A stretch of DNA of 64,000 nt from a virus (lineage: Duplodnaviria; Caudoviricetes): positions 7,475-71,474 of IMG/VR virus record IMGVR_UViG_3300025580_000012. The stretch is one strand, 5' to 3'. Shown in pieces: positions 18,196 to 26,814 of this stretch (within the stretch, counting starts at the first letter, position 1; each line of letters begins with the position of its first letter). The notes below the pieces were generated by a model. That model was not told the DNA's origin. It was given only the letters and a program-made list of their open reading frames with translations, and ran no database searches. A program made the position numbers and the translations under genes.

Positions 18196-19948
18196 GGCGG
18201 CGGAGCGGCAGCGCAAGCGGGAGGCCGCGACCGCTGCGGCCCTCGAACCTTCCACCCGGCACTACGCGTCCATCGAGGAAGTCCAGCAGGACTTCTACAA
18301 GAAGGACGGCAAGATCATGGACCGGCAGGCCCACCGGGTCTGGGAGCTGAAGGCTCAGCCGGGCGGCGGCTTCGATCTCATCCGCGCGCAGGACGAATCG
18401 CTCGAACCGCCCGAGCCCGAGGGGCTCGGCGAGGCGCCCGAGGGGCTCGGCCTGTCGGCCAAGCTGGTCAAGGCGGCGAGCCGTGGGGCCCGTTACCACG
18501 CCCAGATGGCCCCGACCTTCCCTCCCGCCGAGGAGCCCACCGTCGAGGCCCAGGCGCCCGCCGAGATGCCCCCCGCGGCTCCGCCGGTGGGGGCGATGCC
18601 GGCCCCGACCGCCCAGGCGCCCGCCGAGATGCCGGTCCAGAGCCCGGGCATGCCGGCCCCGACCGCCCAGCTTCAGGACGTCGTCGAGACCCCCGAGGAC
18701 CAGCGGCTCGCCGGGCTCGCGCGCGGCAGCCGGGTGGTCGTTCGGATCGGTCGCCGCGACATCATGAAGGGCAAGGTGCTGGCCCGCACGGCCACCCACT
18801 TCGACATCCTCCTCGACAACTCGGCGACCACCCGCGTGCTCCACCGGGATGTCGCTCCCGACGCCCCCACCCGCGCCCCGGCCCGCTCCGCCCTCGACAA
18901 GAAGGCGGTCGACTCGAAGGCGAAGGACTACTGGGAGGCGTACTACAAGGAGTACGGCAGCCAGCTCGTCAAGAGCGATCTGCCGCGTGCCGTGACCGAT
19001 CGGGCCGAGCCCGCCACCCCGAAGTCCAAGCAGAAGACGCCGACCAAGTCGGCCGCCAAGGCGGTGGTCGGTGACGTCGTCGACATCGGCAACATCTGGA
19101 TGGCGTCCAAGACGCTGCGGTCCGGGGTCGTCCGGGTCATCCGGGCGGGCGTCGACAAGGTCGCGGTCGTGGATCCGTTCGGCGGCAAGATGGTGGTGCC
19201 CCGCAAGGCCGTCGTGGCCGTCCGGGACGCCGCCGACTTCGTCGCGGCTCGCCGGGGTGGCGTGCGGCTGAACCGCGCCCGCATCCTCCAGGCCGCCTCC
19301 GCGGCCCTCACGTGGGACCAGGTCTACGCCCGCTACCCCAAGGCGGTCGACCAGATCCGTGAGGTCCGCAGGTGGGTGGCGGCCGGCATCCGGATCGCCC
19401 TCGCCAAGGGGGCGGTGCCGGTTCGCAGTCAGGCGGCCGTGTTCGGCCGGCAGGCTGCCCGGGCCGACTGGAACCCGAAGCTGCGCAAGCAGGCGCTCGA
19501 CGAGCTGGGCAAGTCCTACTACCAGGCGTACTGGGGGGACTACGGGACCGACCTCGTCAAGGAGGTGCGGCGCCGCATCAAGGCCGACATCCTCGACCGC
19601 CAGTTGGGTCGGCAGGCGGCCCCCAGCCGCCCCCAGCCGCCCCAGCGGGCCGCTTCCGCCTCGCCCCCGCCCCAGAGGACGGCCAAGCCGTCCCTCCGGC
19701 AGACGCTCGCCAACGCCCTCGCCGCCCACGTGGCCGGCATGATGAAGCGGGCGGGCGCGCAGGGCAGCTACACGGTCGACCCCGCCACCATCGAGGTGAC
19801 CAGCTCGACGACCGAACGGAACCGCCGTCTGATCGCCGGCCGGTTCGTCGGCAAGTTCGTCGGGCCCGACCGGCAGGCCGTCGCGCGCAAGCCGTTCGAG
19901 ATGGTCGTCGAGGACGGCAAGGTCAAGGCCATCAAGATCCCCGCCTGA
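18146..19948 (+). CDS. Putative virion-associated protein (about 600 aa)
   Basis: Long GC3-rich ORF with Pro/Ala linkers and a duplicated Y..AY..YG..LVK motif; start 18137 or 18146. Confidence 0.7.
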   Translation: MSQKLGLSEDGFARIAEAAERQRKREAATAAALEPSTRHYASIEEVQQDFYKKDGKIMDRQAHRVWELKAQPGGGFDLIRAQDESLEPPEPEGLGEAPEGLGLSAKLVKAASRGARYHAQMAPTFPPAEEPTVEAQAPAEMPPAAPPVGAMPAPTAQAPAEMPVQSPGMPAPTAQLQDVVETPEDQRLAGLARGSRVVVRIGRRDIMKGKVLARTATHFDILLDNSATTRVLHRDVAPDAPTRAPARSALDKKAVDSKAKDYWEAYYKEYGSQLVKSDLPRAVTDRAEPATPKSKQKTPTKSAAKAVVGDVVDIGNIWMASKTLRSGVVRVIRAGVDKVAVVDPFGGKMVVPRKAVVAVRDAADFVAARRGGVRLNRARILQAASAALTWDQVYARYPKAVDQIREVRRWVAAGIRIALAKGAVPVRSQAAVFGRQAARADWNPKLRKQALDELGKSYYQAYWGDYGTDLVKEVRRRIKADILDRQLGRQAAPSRPQPPQRAASASPPPQRTAKPSLRQTLANALAAHVAGMMKRAGAQGSYTVDPATIEVTSSTTERNRRLIAGRFVGKFVGPDRQAVARKPFEMVVEDGKVKAIKIPA

Positions 19949-19965
19949 GCGGCCAAGCCGCTAAC

Positions 19966-19982
19966 CCGCTTCTAAAATTCCG
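19966..19982 (+). promoter_or_regulatory. Candidate phage late-promoter motif, copy 2
   Basis: CCGCTTCTAAAATTCCG, intergenic upstream of 20029. Confidence 0.5.
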
Positions 19983-20028
19983 TCCTACCCCGCTGTAGAC
20001 TGCACGGCATCCCCACAAGGAGAGGCCC

Positions 20029-20769
20029 GTGCAGATCAACATCCAGAACATCCAGTCCTCGCCCCTGAGCCTCGAAGTCGTTTTCGAGGCCGGCGCGGGC
20101 CCCCAGGCTCGGATCGTCCGCGAGCTGTTGGGGCCCGGCGAAACGGTCGACGTCGGCTCCATCGCCACCCTCGACGAGGTCAACAACAACGCGACCCTCC
20201 GGTCGCTGAGGGCCTCCGGGACGATCCGGATCGACCTGGTCGAACAGGCGACCGACATCCTGTCGCCCTCCAGCCAGTTCAACAAGCTGCGCAACGATGT
20301 CGTCCAGTGCTTCGTGGCGGCCGCCGAGGCGGCCGCGACCGCCGCGACCGTCCCGTACCACAAGTGCAACCCGGCCAGCATCACGGTCGAGGCCACCGCC
20401 GACGCGGCTGTCACGCTCGCCACCGTCCTGACGCTCGCCAACTCGCTGCGCAACAAGATCATGGCCCACCTGGCCAGCGGTGGGGACGTGGGGGCCCACC
20501 GGACCGCTTCCGCCGAGACGATCGCGGCAGTCGTCGCGACCGACCAGGGCTCGGCCAACACGCTGCTCAACGAGCTGAAGGCCGACTTCAACACCCACCT
20601 GGCCGAGGCGGGCGTCCACATCATCACGGACGCGACCAACACGATCGTCGCCGCCGACGCCACCAACCTGGCCACGTCCATCACGCTCGCCAACGCGGTC
20701 AAGGCGGCCTTCAACGCCCACATCGCCGCCGCCAACGCGCTCGACTCCCTCCCGATGGGATCGACGTGA
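20029..20769 (+). CDS. Putative head decoration/fibre protein with shared N-terminal domain and 3 His-containing helical repeats
   Basis: RBS AAGGAG; N-terminal domain paralogous to 20805 and 58074; repeats of TL(A/L)N.+K(A)..N.H. Confidence 0.7.
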   Translation: MQINIQNIQSSPLSLEVVFEAGAGPQARIVRELLGPGETVDVGSIATLDEVNNNATLRSLRASGTIRIDLVEQATDILSPSSQFNKLRNDVVQCFVAAAEAAATAATVPYHKCNPASITVEATADAAVTLATVLTLANSLRNKIMAHLASGGDVGAHRTASAETIAAVVATDQGSANTLLNELKADFNTHLAEAGVHIITDATNTIVAADATNLATSITLANAVKAAFNAHIAAANALDSLPMGST

Positions 20770-20804
20770 TCGGGTCCTGAGAGACGGAAGACGAGGAGAA
20801 CGAC

Positions 20805-22151
20805 ATGGCTACCATCACCATCACCAACATCTCACTCAGTCGCCTGTCTCTCGACATCCCGGTTCCGTCCGGGGGGATCGGCGAAGGTCACCCGAAGGCC
20901 ATCCGCGCCAGCCTCGATACCGGCGAGTCGATCGACGTCGGCAACATCATCACGGTCGACGACCTCAACCGAACGGCCGAGTTCCAGGCGTTGATGGCCG
21001 CCAACCTCATCTCGGTCGTCGCGACCGCTGAGGTCAACGACGTCGCCATTCCGGCGGTCGTGTCGGGCACGGGATGGACGGACGCCGCCACCCTCATCAC
21101 CCTCACGACCCTGACCGACACGGTCGCGATCGGTGCGGCCGCCATGTCGGGGCTGGGCGAGAAGCTGCGGGTCGTTCACTCGACCGCCCTGGTCGCCTCC
21201 CTGGAGACGACGCTCGCGGGTGCGGCTGGCGTCCGGCTGGCCCTCCGCCACACCAAGGCGGGCATCGGAGCCGTCGCGGATATCCCCGGCGAGGTCGAGT
21301 TCTGGGGGAACAACACGACCCCCACCGCCGTGAAGTACGGGTCCATTCAGGCGATGATCATCGACCCGACGGCCGGTGCGGAGCTGGGGCTCCTCATCCT
21401 GAACGTCTGGAACCTGACCGCGAGCCTCGCCGCCCTCACGATCGGGACGACCGGTACGTCGATGGGGGGCATCATGGCCGCCACGCAGGGGCCCGTCGTC
21501 TCGACCGTCTTCGTCAAGGGGGCGAATGGGGCCAACAACGACATCGCCGGGGACTGGTCGGCTTTCGCCCCATCCGACAACTCGACCCTCCGGGAGTTCT
21601 CGCGGATCCGGACGGTCGCGACGGTCGCGGCCGATGGGGCCGAGTATGGACAGGTCCGCCTGTCCGTCATCGCCAACGGTGCTCACCCGGGCACCCCGCA
21701 AGTGCTCGTCTCGGACTCCGGGTTCGCGATCACCGGCTACCTCGGCGCCACGACTGGTCCGGAGCTGTCCGTCGCGTTCCGCAAGGGTGCCGCGGGCGCC
21801 AACAACGACATCGCCGGCTACCTCGGGTTCTATGCGAACACGAGCACGAGCGTGCTGGCCGAGTGGGCGTACCTGTCGGCCATCGTGGTCGACGCGAACA
21901 ACGCGTCGAAGGATGCAGCCCTCGCCCTCAACCTCCTGGTCGGAAACGCCGACACGGAGGTCGCGCGGTTCACGGGCGCCGGTCTCGTGCTGCCCGGCAG
22001 CATCGCGGTCAACGGGATCGCGGCTCCCCCCGCCCAGCACGCCAAGATCAACGACCCGGCCGGCGGAGGCACGATCGACGCCGAGTCCAGGACGGCGATC
22101 GGCGCCATCATCGACACGCTCGAAGCGGTCGGCTTCTCGGCGGCCGTCTAA
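20805..22151 (+). CDS. Putative fibre/decoration protein with shared N-terminal domain and about 3 beta-rich repeats
   Basis: RBS GAGGAG; GANNDIAG occurs twice; fibre-like Gly/Ala/Thr composition. Confidence 0.72.
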   Translation: MATITITNISLSRLSLDIPVPSGGIGEGHPKAIRASLDTGESIDVGNIITVDDLNRTAEFQALMAANLISVVATAEVNDVAIPAVVSGTGWTDAATLITLTTLTDTVAIGAAAMSGLGEKLRVVHSTALVASLETTLAGAAGVRLALRHTKAGIGAVADIPGEVEFWGNNTTPTAVKYGSIQAMIIDPTAGAELGLLILNVWNLTASLAALTIGTTGTSMGGIMAATQGPVVSTVFVKGANGANNDIAGDWSAFAPSDNSTLREFSRIRTVATVAADGAEYGQVRLSVIANGAHPGTPQVLVSDSGFAITGYLGATTGPELSVAFRKGAAGANNDIAGYLGFYANTSTSVLAEWAYLSAIVVDANNASKDAALALNLLVGNADTEVARFTGAGLVLPGSIAVNGIAAPPAQHAKINDPAGGGTIDAESRTAIGAIIDTLEAVGFSAAV

Positions 22152-22217
22152 ACCCCTTCCACCCGCCCCTCCTGTTTGCTAGCCTTCTCCCAACTACTAC
22201 TCCGGAGACCAACTACT

Positions 22218-22706
22218 ATGGGTGAAGCGAATCGCCGCGCAGCCACCAGGTCGCAGACCTGGAACGTCCGACTCACATGTGCAGAACGGTTCGAGTTGCG
22301 GTCCATCCTGCTCCAGCGCCACACCAAGGATGACGCCGTGATGGATCGCAACAACGACGCCATCGAAGCCCTCGAAGGCGACGACACGTTCGACATGCCC
22401 GGCGGGCTCGCGAAGGATGCCCAGCAGGTTTGGCTCGCCAGCCTGCAAGGCCGTCTGGACAAGCAGGATCGGGTCTGGATCGCTCTGACGATCGAGAACA
22501 TCGCCACCATCTTGGACGGGGTCGAGTGGTGCGCGCAGAACGGCGTCATCACCAACCAGCAGGGCGAGCGGGTCGTCTTGATGGACGGGGCGCGTGCCTA
22601 CCGCATCCGTCACGCCCGTAAGCGCCTGAAGGCGGCCAAGTCGGACGTCCCGATCCTCGGGGAAGCCGAGCCAGCCCGCATCGAAGTGCCCGCCGAGCCC
22701 GCGTAG
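22218..22706 (+). CDS. Hypothetical protein
   Basis: ATG after GGAG; GC3-rich. Confidence 0.65.
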   Translation: MGEANRRAATRSQTWNVRLTCAERFELRSILLQRHTKDDAVMDRNNDAIEALEGDDTFDMPGGLAKDAQQVWLASLQGRLDKQDRVWIALTIENIATILDGVEWCAQNGVITNQQGERVVLMDGARAYRIRHARKRLKAAKSDVPILGEAEPARIEVPAEPA

Positions 22707-22710
22707 TCCC

Positions 22711-23211
22711 ATGCGACGAGGTGTGCGGCTCGGGGAGTTCTCCATCCTGGAGGGGGTCGATCTGTCCACCCTCCTGACCGCCGAGCAGCTCGGAAAGATC
22801 GGGGAGGTTGCGCCCGAGCTACTTCGCCGTCCACGCCCTGGTCGGATCCACCGGCCCAGCGTCTCGCTCCCGTCCATTTCAGCCAGGCCGGTCCGCCGCC
22901 TTCAGGTCGTCAAGGATGATGGTGGGGGGCAGCGTGACTGCCAGGCGTGCCCGGCGCCGTGCTGCATGATCTTGGCAGCCGGCCTGACCGAGGAAGAAGC
23001 GAAGTCGGGCAAGTGGGCGATGGACATCGCGACGGATGGGACGCCGTACCTGATGCGTCGGTACGGTCGGTGCGTCTACCTCGATTCCTCCAACTCCTGC
23101 ACCATCTACGACGACCGCCCGGTCGTCTGCCAACAGTACCGATGCGACATCCCCGGCCGCGAAGACCGCCGGATCGATCGCTGGTTGCTATCCGGAGGTT
23201 CCCGTGCCTGA
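22711..23211 (+). CDS. YkgJ-family cysteine-cluster (CxxCxxCC) protein
   Basis: CQACPAPCC...GRCVYLD...CTIYDDRPVVCQQYRC. Confidence 0.85.
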   Translation: MRRGVRLGEFSILEGVDLSTLLTAEQLGKIGEVAPELLRRPRPGRIHRPSVSLPSISARPVRRLQVVKDDGGGQRDCQACPAPCCMILAAGLTEEEAKSGKWAMDIATDGTPYLMRRYGRCVYLDSSNSCTIYDDRPVVCQQYRCDIPGREDRRIDRWLLSGGSRA

Positions 23212-23431
23212 CCTGGACATCAAGTGCAAGGATTGCGGTACCGTCTTCCAACTGAGCGAAGGGGAGCAAAAGTGGCTGAACGAGAGGTTCGGGGCCGACT
23301 ACAAGGCGCCCAAGCGCTGCCGTGGGTGCCGCCAGCAGCGCAAGCTCACCAAGGACGAGCCCGGCCAGGCACCAGCGGCTCCCCCCTCCGCCGCCCCTCG
23401 CCGTCGCCGCGACACGGGGGACGAGTTCTGA
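23204..23431 (+). CDS. Zinc-ribbon protein (zf-trcl-like)
   Basis: IKCKDCGTVFQLSEGEQKW...PKRCRGCR. Confidence 0.82.
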   Translation: MPDLDIKCKDCGTVFQLSEGEQKWLNERFGADYKAPKRCRGCRQQRKLTKDEPGQAPAAPPSAAPRRRRDTGDEF

Positions 23432-23445
23432 GCGCCAGGATCCAG

Positions 23446-23643
23446 ATGCGTCGGTGGGGCGTCTACTGCGCGGATGGGATCGCCTGGGAAGACGACCTCT
23501 CCAAGCAGGACGCCGACATCTCGGTCGACGAGGCCGATGACCTGTGCGCGTGTGGGTCGAAACATGTAGTGTTGCCGATGCCTGTGGAAAAACCTGTTGA
23601 CAAAATGCCCGGCCCAAATGGGTCCTCTCCGTCCTACTCGTAG
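23446..23643 (+). CDS. Small hypothetical protein
   Basis: ATG after AGGA; fills the gap. Confidence 0.45.
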   Translation: MRRWGVYCADGIAWEDDLSKQDADISVDEADDLCACGSKHVVLPMPVEKPVDKMPGPNGSSPSYS

Positions 23644-23750
23644 CTAAGTTCTCTTGACAGTCGCCCGATTGGGTCTATTGGTGGTGGGCATATCCGGGCC
23701 TGTGGGTTGTGGTGTTGACAACCTACTGAACACCCGGAGAGAGGTCGAAC

Positions 23751-24359
23751 ATGGATCACAGCGTCATCGGGAAAGCAGTCGAGACCATCATCGAGATGAT
23801 GGCCAAGCATCTGGGACGAGCCGTTCGGGAGGCGCTCGCGGGAGCCTCGGCTCAAAGGGGTCGCTGGTTCGACGTCCAGCCGACCAAGACGGTCGCCAAG
23901 AAGCCGACCAAGACGGCAACCAAGAAGCCGACCAAGACGGCAACCAAGACGGTTGCCAAGACGGCAACCAAGAAGCCGACCAAGACGGCAACCAAGACGG
24001 TTGCCAAGACGGCAACCAAGAAGCCGGCTACCAAGGCCGTCGTCAAGCCGGCAACCAAGACGGTCGTCAAGACGCCGACCAAGAAGCCGAACGGGGCAAA
24101 TGGGTCGGCCGAGGTCGTGCGCGGCGTCTTGCCTCCCCCACCTCCTCCCGTGCATCTGTCCCCCCACCAAGCCAAGATGGTCGCGGTCCTTCAAGACTGC
24201 CGCGGGTCGTTCGTGTCGGGCGATGAACTGGCTTCGCGGGCGGGCGTGTCGACTTCGTCGATCGGCGGCATCATCAAGAGGCTCCGGCAAGTCGGCTTCC
24301 GGGTGGAGGGGCGCCGTGGCGGGAGCCAACCGGGCTATTCTCTCATCGAAAACGCTTGA
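23751..24359 (+). CDS. Histone H1-like Lys/Thr/Ala repeat protein with C-terminal BirA-type winged HTH
   Basis: (PTKT/ATKK/VAKT)n tract; SGDELASRAGVSTSSIGGIIKRLRQVGFRVEG...GYSL. Confidence 0.8.
   Translation: MDHSVIGKAVETIIEMMAKHLGRAVREALAGASAQRGRWFDVQPTKTVAKKPTKTATKKPTKTATKTVAKTATKKPTKTATKTVAKTATKKPATKAVVKPATKTVVKTPTKKPNGANGSAEVVRGVLPPPPPPVHLSPHQAKMVAVLQDCRGSFVSGDELASRAGVSTSSIGGIIKRLRQVGFRVEGRRGGSQPGYSLIENA
23881..24089 (+). repeat. Coding tandem repeat of 12-bp units, including a perfect 48-bp duplication (23928-23975 / 23976-24023)
   Basis: CCGACCAAGACGGCAACCAAGACGGTTGCCAAGACGGCAACCAAGAAG x2, read directly. Confidence 0.9.
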
Positions 24360-24385
24360 CACCTGCATCGTAGCTGCGGTAGGGC
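24348..24385 (+). promoter_or_regulatory. Sigma70-like promoter TTGACA-N18-TAGGGC
   Basis: -35 at 24356-24361; the 20-mer GAAAACGCTTGACACCTGCA matches 46159-46178 with one mismatch. Confidence 0.55.
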
Positions 24386-25051
24386 ATGTCGATGCCCCCC
24401 TTCACCCTGTTCCACACGATCTGCGCGGACCCTCCGTGGATGTTCGGCGACAAGCTCCCGGGCGACTCGCGGGGAGCCGAGAAGAACTACCGGGTCCTGT
24501 CGGTCGACAAGATCGCCCGCTTCCTCGACGACGCGAACAACGGGTACGTGCTGGACCCGCAGACCGGCCTGGCCATCCCGCTCCGCCACCATCTCGCCCC
24601 TGACTGCCGCTTGTTCCTCTGGCGGGTCGCGTCTATGCAGCAGGAAGCCCTCGACGTCATGAAGGCGTGGGGGTTCACGCTCAAGACGGAGGTGGTGTGG
24701 GCGAAGCTGACGAGGGGGTCGAAGGTGACGAGGTGGGACGCCGAGGAGGTGGCCGCCGAGGACAAGCAGCACTTCGGGATGGGGCGGACGACCCGCGCGT
24801 CCCATGAGGTCTGCCTGGTCGGCCAGCTCGGTCGGCCCGAACGGCTAGCCTCCAACATCCGGGACGTCTTCTTCGCCCCCTACGAGGAGCACTCCCGCAA
24901 GCCCGAGGTGTTCTACCGGGAGGTCGTCGAGAAGGTTTCGCCAGGCCCCTACTTGGAGTTGTTTGCTCGACAACGGAGACCAAACTGGTATTCTCTTGGC
25001 GATGAGCTTGAACAGGAGGACGGTGAGACCAAGCGGATCGGAATCCGCTGA
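24386..25051 (+). CDS. MT-A70-family N6-adenine DNA methyltransferase
   Basis: ICADPPW, LFLW, AWGFTLKTEVVWAK, GMGRTTRASHEVCLVG, HSRKPE, LELFAR. Confidence 0.93.
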   Translation: MSMPPFTLFHTICADPPWMFGDKLPGDSRGAEKNYRVLSVDKIARFLDDANNGYVLDPQTGLAIPLRHHLAPDCRLFLWRVASMQQEALDVMKAWGFTLKTEVVWAKLTRGSKVTRWDAEEVAAEDKQHFGMGRTTRASHEVCLVGQLGRPERLASNIRDVFFAPYEEHSRKPEVFYREVVEKVSPGPYLELFARQRRPNWYSLGDELEQEDGETKRIGIR

Positions 25052-25640
25052 CCTCATCGCGTGCTCACGGTGTCAAGGCTGTTATCCAGCCACCGCTACA
25101 TTCTTCGTGCTCAACAAGTCCTGTAGGAATGGGTTGGCTGGGTGGTGCCGGACATGCCGACGTGAATACGGTCGCGCATGGAGGGCTAGGAACCAAAAGC
25201 GTCTCAGATCCAAGGCACGGGCTTACTACGAAAGGGTTGAACGACCGAAGACGCGAGCGCGTCAGCTTGCTCGGCTACAGCGTCAACCGCACAAGGAGCG
25301 GGCGAAGATACTTCGCTACGGGATTCTGTTCCGTGCGCGGGAGCTAGGGCTTCCCATAGATGCGGCCCACTTCACTATTACCCGGCTGACAGAGATGCTT
25401 CTGGCTCAACCTGGTTGTCCATGTTGCGGTCGCCTTCTGGATGTGTCCAGGAAGTTCGATGGGAAGAAGAACGATGCGTCTCCAAGCGTTGACAGAATCA
25501 TCCCAAGTCAGGGGTACGTGATCGGGAACGTAGCGATACTGTGCTGGAGGTGTAACAACTTGAAGCGAGATGCAACTGCTGACGAGTTGGAGTGTGTGGT
25601 GCGTTGGCTGCGCTCTGTTGCCAGGGGGAAGAAACCATGA
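25023..25640 (+). CDS. HNH homing endonuclease with N-terminal zinc finger (free-standing)
   Basis: RBS AGGAGG then GTG at 25023; CSRC..WCRTC; CPCCG; SPSVDRIIPSQGYVIGNVAILCWRCNNLK; visibly more A/T-ending codons than flanking genes. Confidence 0.85.
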   Translation: MRPSGSESADLIACSRCQGCYPATATFFVLNKSCRNGLAGWCRTCRREYGRAWRARNQKRLRSKARAYYERVERPKTRARQLARLQRQPHKERAKILRYGILFRARELGLPIDAAHFTITRLTEMLLAQPGCPCCGRLLDVSRKFDGKKNDASPSVDRIIPSQGYVIGNVAILCWRCNNLKRDATADELECVVRWLRSVARGKKP

Positions 25641-26038
25641 TGGTCGGGTTCGCGGGTACGCGGGACGCCATGACCCTCAAGCAGAAGGCAACGCTCGTCC
25701 GTTTGCTGCGCGAGATGGCGCCCGACGGCTTCCATCATGGTTGCTGTGTGGGCTCCGACTTTCAAGCCCACCATGCTGCCCTCGCGCTCAACATCCCCGT
25801 CCATCTCCACCCGGCCGACCACCCCCTTCGCGCCTCCTGCGAGGGGTACGCAACCTGCGCGGCCCCCAAGCCTCCGCTCGAACGGGACGACGACATCGTC
25901 GCCGTCATCGACGTCCTCATCGCTACTCCCCGCACCGATCAGGCAGAGCTGCGATCGGGGACGTGGGCGACGATCCGGCGAGCCCGTCGAGCATCCAAGA
26001 TGGTCATCATCATCCGTCGCGACGGCACCATCGCCTGA
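25637..26038 (+). CDS. SLOG-superfamily (DprA/YspA-like) protein
   Basis: VGFAGTR.AMT, HHGCCVGSD, HLHP, DIV, LIATP, RSGTWATIRRAR. Confidence 0.78.
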   Translation: MMVGFAGTRDAMTLKQKATLVRLLREMAPDGFHHGCCVGSDFQAHHAALALNIPVHLHPADHPLRASCEGYATCAAPKPPLERDDDIVAVIDVLIATPRTDQAELRSGTWATIRRARRASKMVIIIRRDGTIA

Positions 26039-26085
26039 CCCCGGCGGCTTGCCAGCCGCCCGAAACCCGTGCTACCGAGGCAACC

Positions 26086-26814
26086 ATGATGCGAAACATG
26101 ATGTCGATGCTGTCCATCTTGTTCCTGGTCGGTTGTGGTCCGGCGAACGCCGACGAACAGCACGGCCGTCGCCGCACCGACTTCGATGGCGAGCTGCGCC
26201 GGTTGCGCGAGCGTCTTGCCCAACCACCCACCAACTACGTCGAGCAGGCCCGCCGTGAGGATGAAGCCCGACTCGCCCGATGGCACGCCCGCGAAGCCGA
26301 CTTCCGCGCGCGGGTATCGCGTCTGCAAACCTCCATGCACGACTACTTCATCGAGGCGGGTGGGTCGGACCGGTTGGCCAGGCGGATCGATCTGGATGGG
26401 TTCGCCGTCTTGGTCGTCAGGACGGTCGAGACACGTGTCGAGCAGGGCGAGTGGGTGCCGCTCGATCGCGACAAGGCCGCCGCCTTCTTGGCGGCCGTCG
26501 CGTTCCACGAGTCCTCTTGGCGGTGGATGGATGCGGGCCTGCGGGGATCCCGGGGGGAAAGGTGCGCCTTCCAGGTGAGCGACTCGGCCGCCAGGATCGT
26601 GGGGGCCAACCCGACCGACATCGCGCGCGACCCTGCCGGCTGCATCGAAGCCGCCCTCGATGTCATGGATGTGTGCCGGCGGAGATGCGGGGATCAACCG
26701 GCTGAGCGGTGGTTCGGCTGCTACGCGAGTGCGGGGCAGTGCGGGGCCGCCCCCGATGTCGTCGGCGAGCGGTTCGAGACGGCCCGCCGGCTCCTCGGCC
26801 GAGCGGAAAAGTAG
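26086..26814 (+). CDS. Lipoprotein with lysozyme/lytic-transglycosylase-like C-terminal domain
   Basis: Lipobox-like LFLVGC; LAAVAFHESSWR catalytic-Glu-like motif followed by G..G..C.FQV; several C-terminal Cys. Confidence 0.6.
   Translation: MMRNMMSMLSILFLVGCGPANADEQHGRRRTDFDGELRRLRERLAQPPTNYVEQARREDEARLARWHAREADFRARVSRLQTSMHDYFIEAGGSDRLARRIDLDGFAVLVVRTVETRVEQGEWVPLDRDKAAAFLAAVAFHESSWRWMDAGLRGSRGERCAFQVSDSAARIVGANPTDIARDPAGCIEAALDVMDVCRRRCGDQPAERWFGCYASAGQCGAAPDVVGERFETARRLLGRAEK

Noticed and set aside
23881-24089. Repeat array resembling CRISPR
   Set aside because: Contiguous in-frame 12-bp units without unique spacers; encodes a Lys-rich tract; no cas genes
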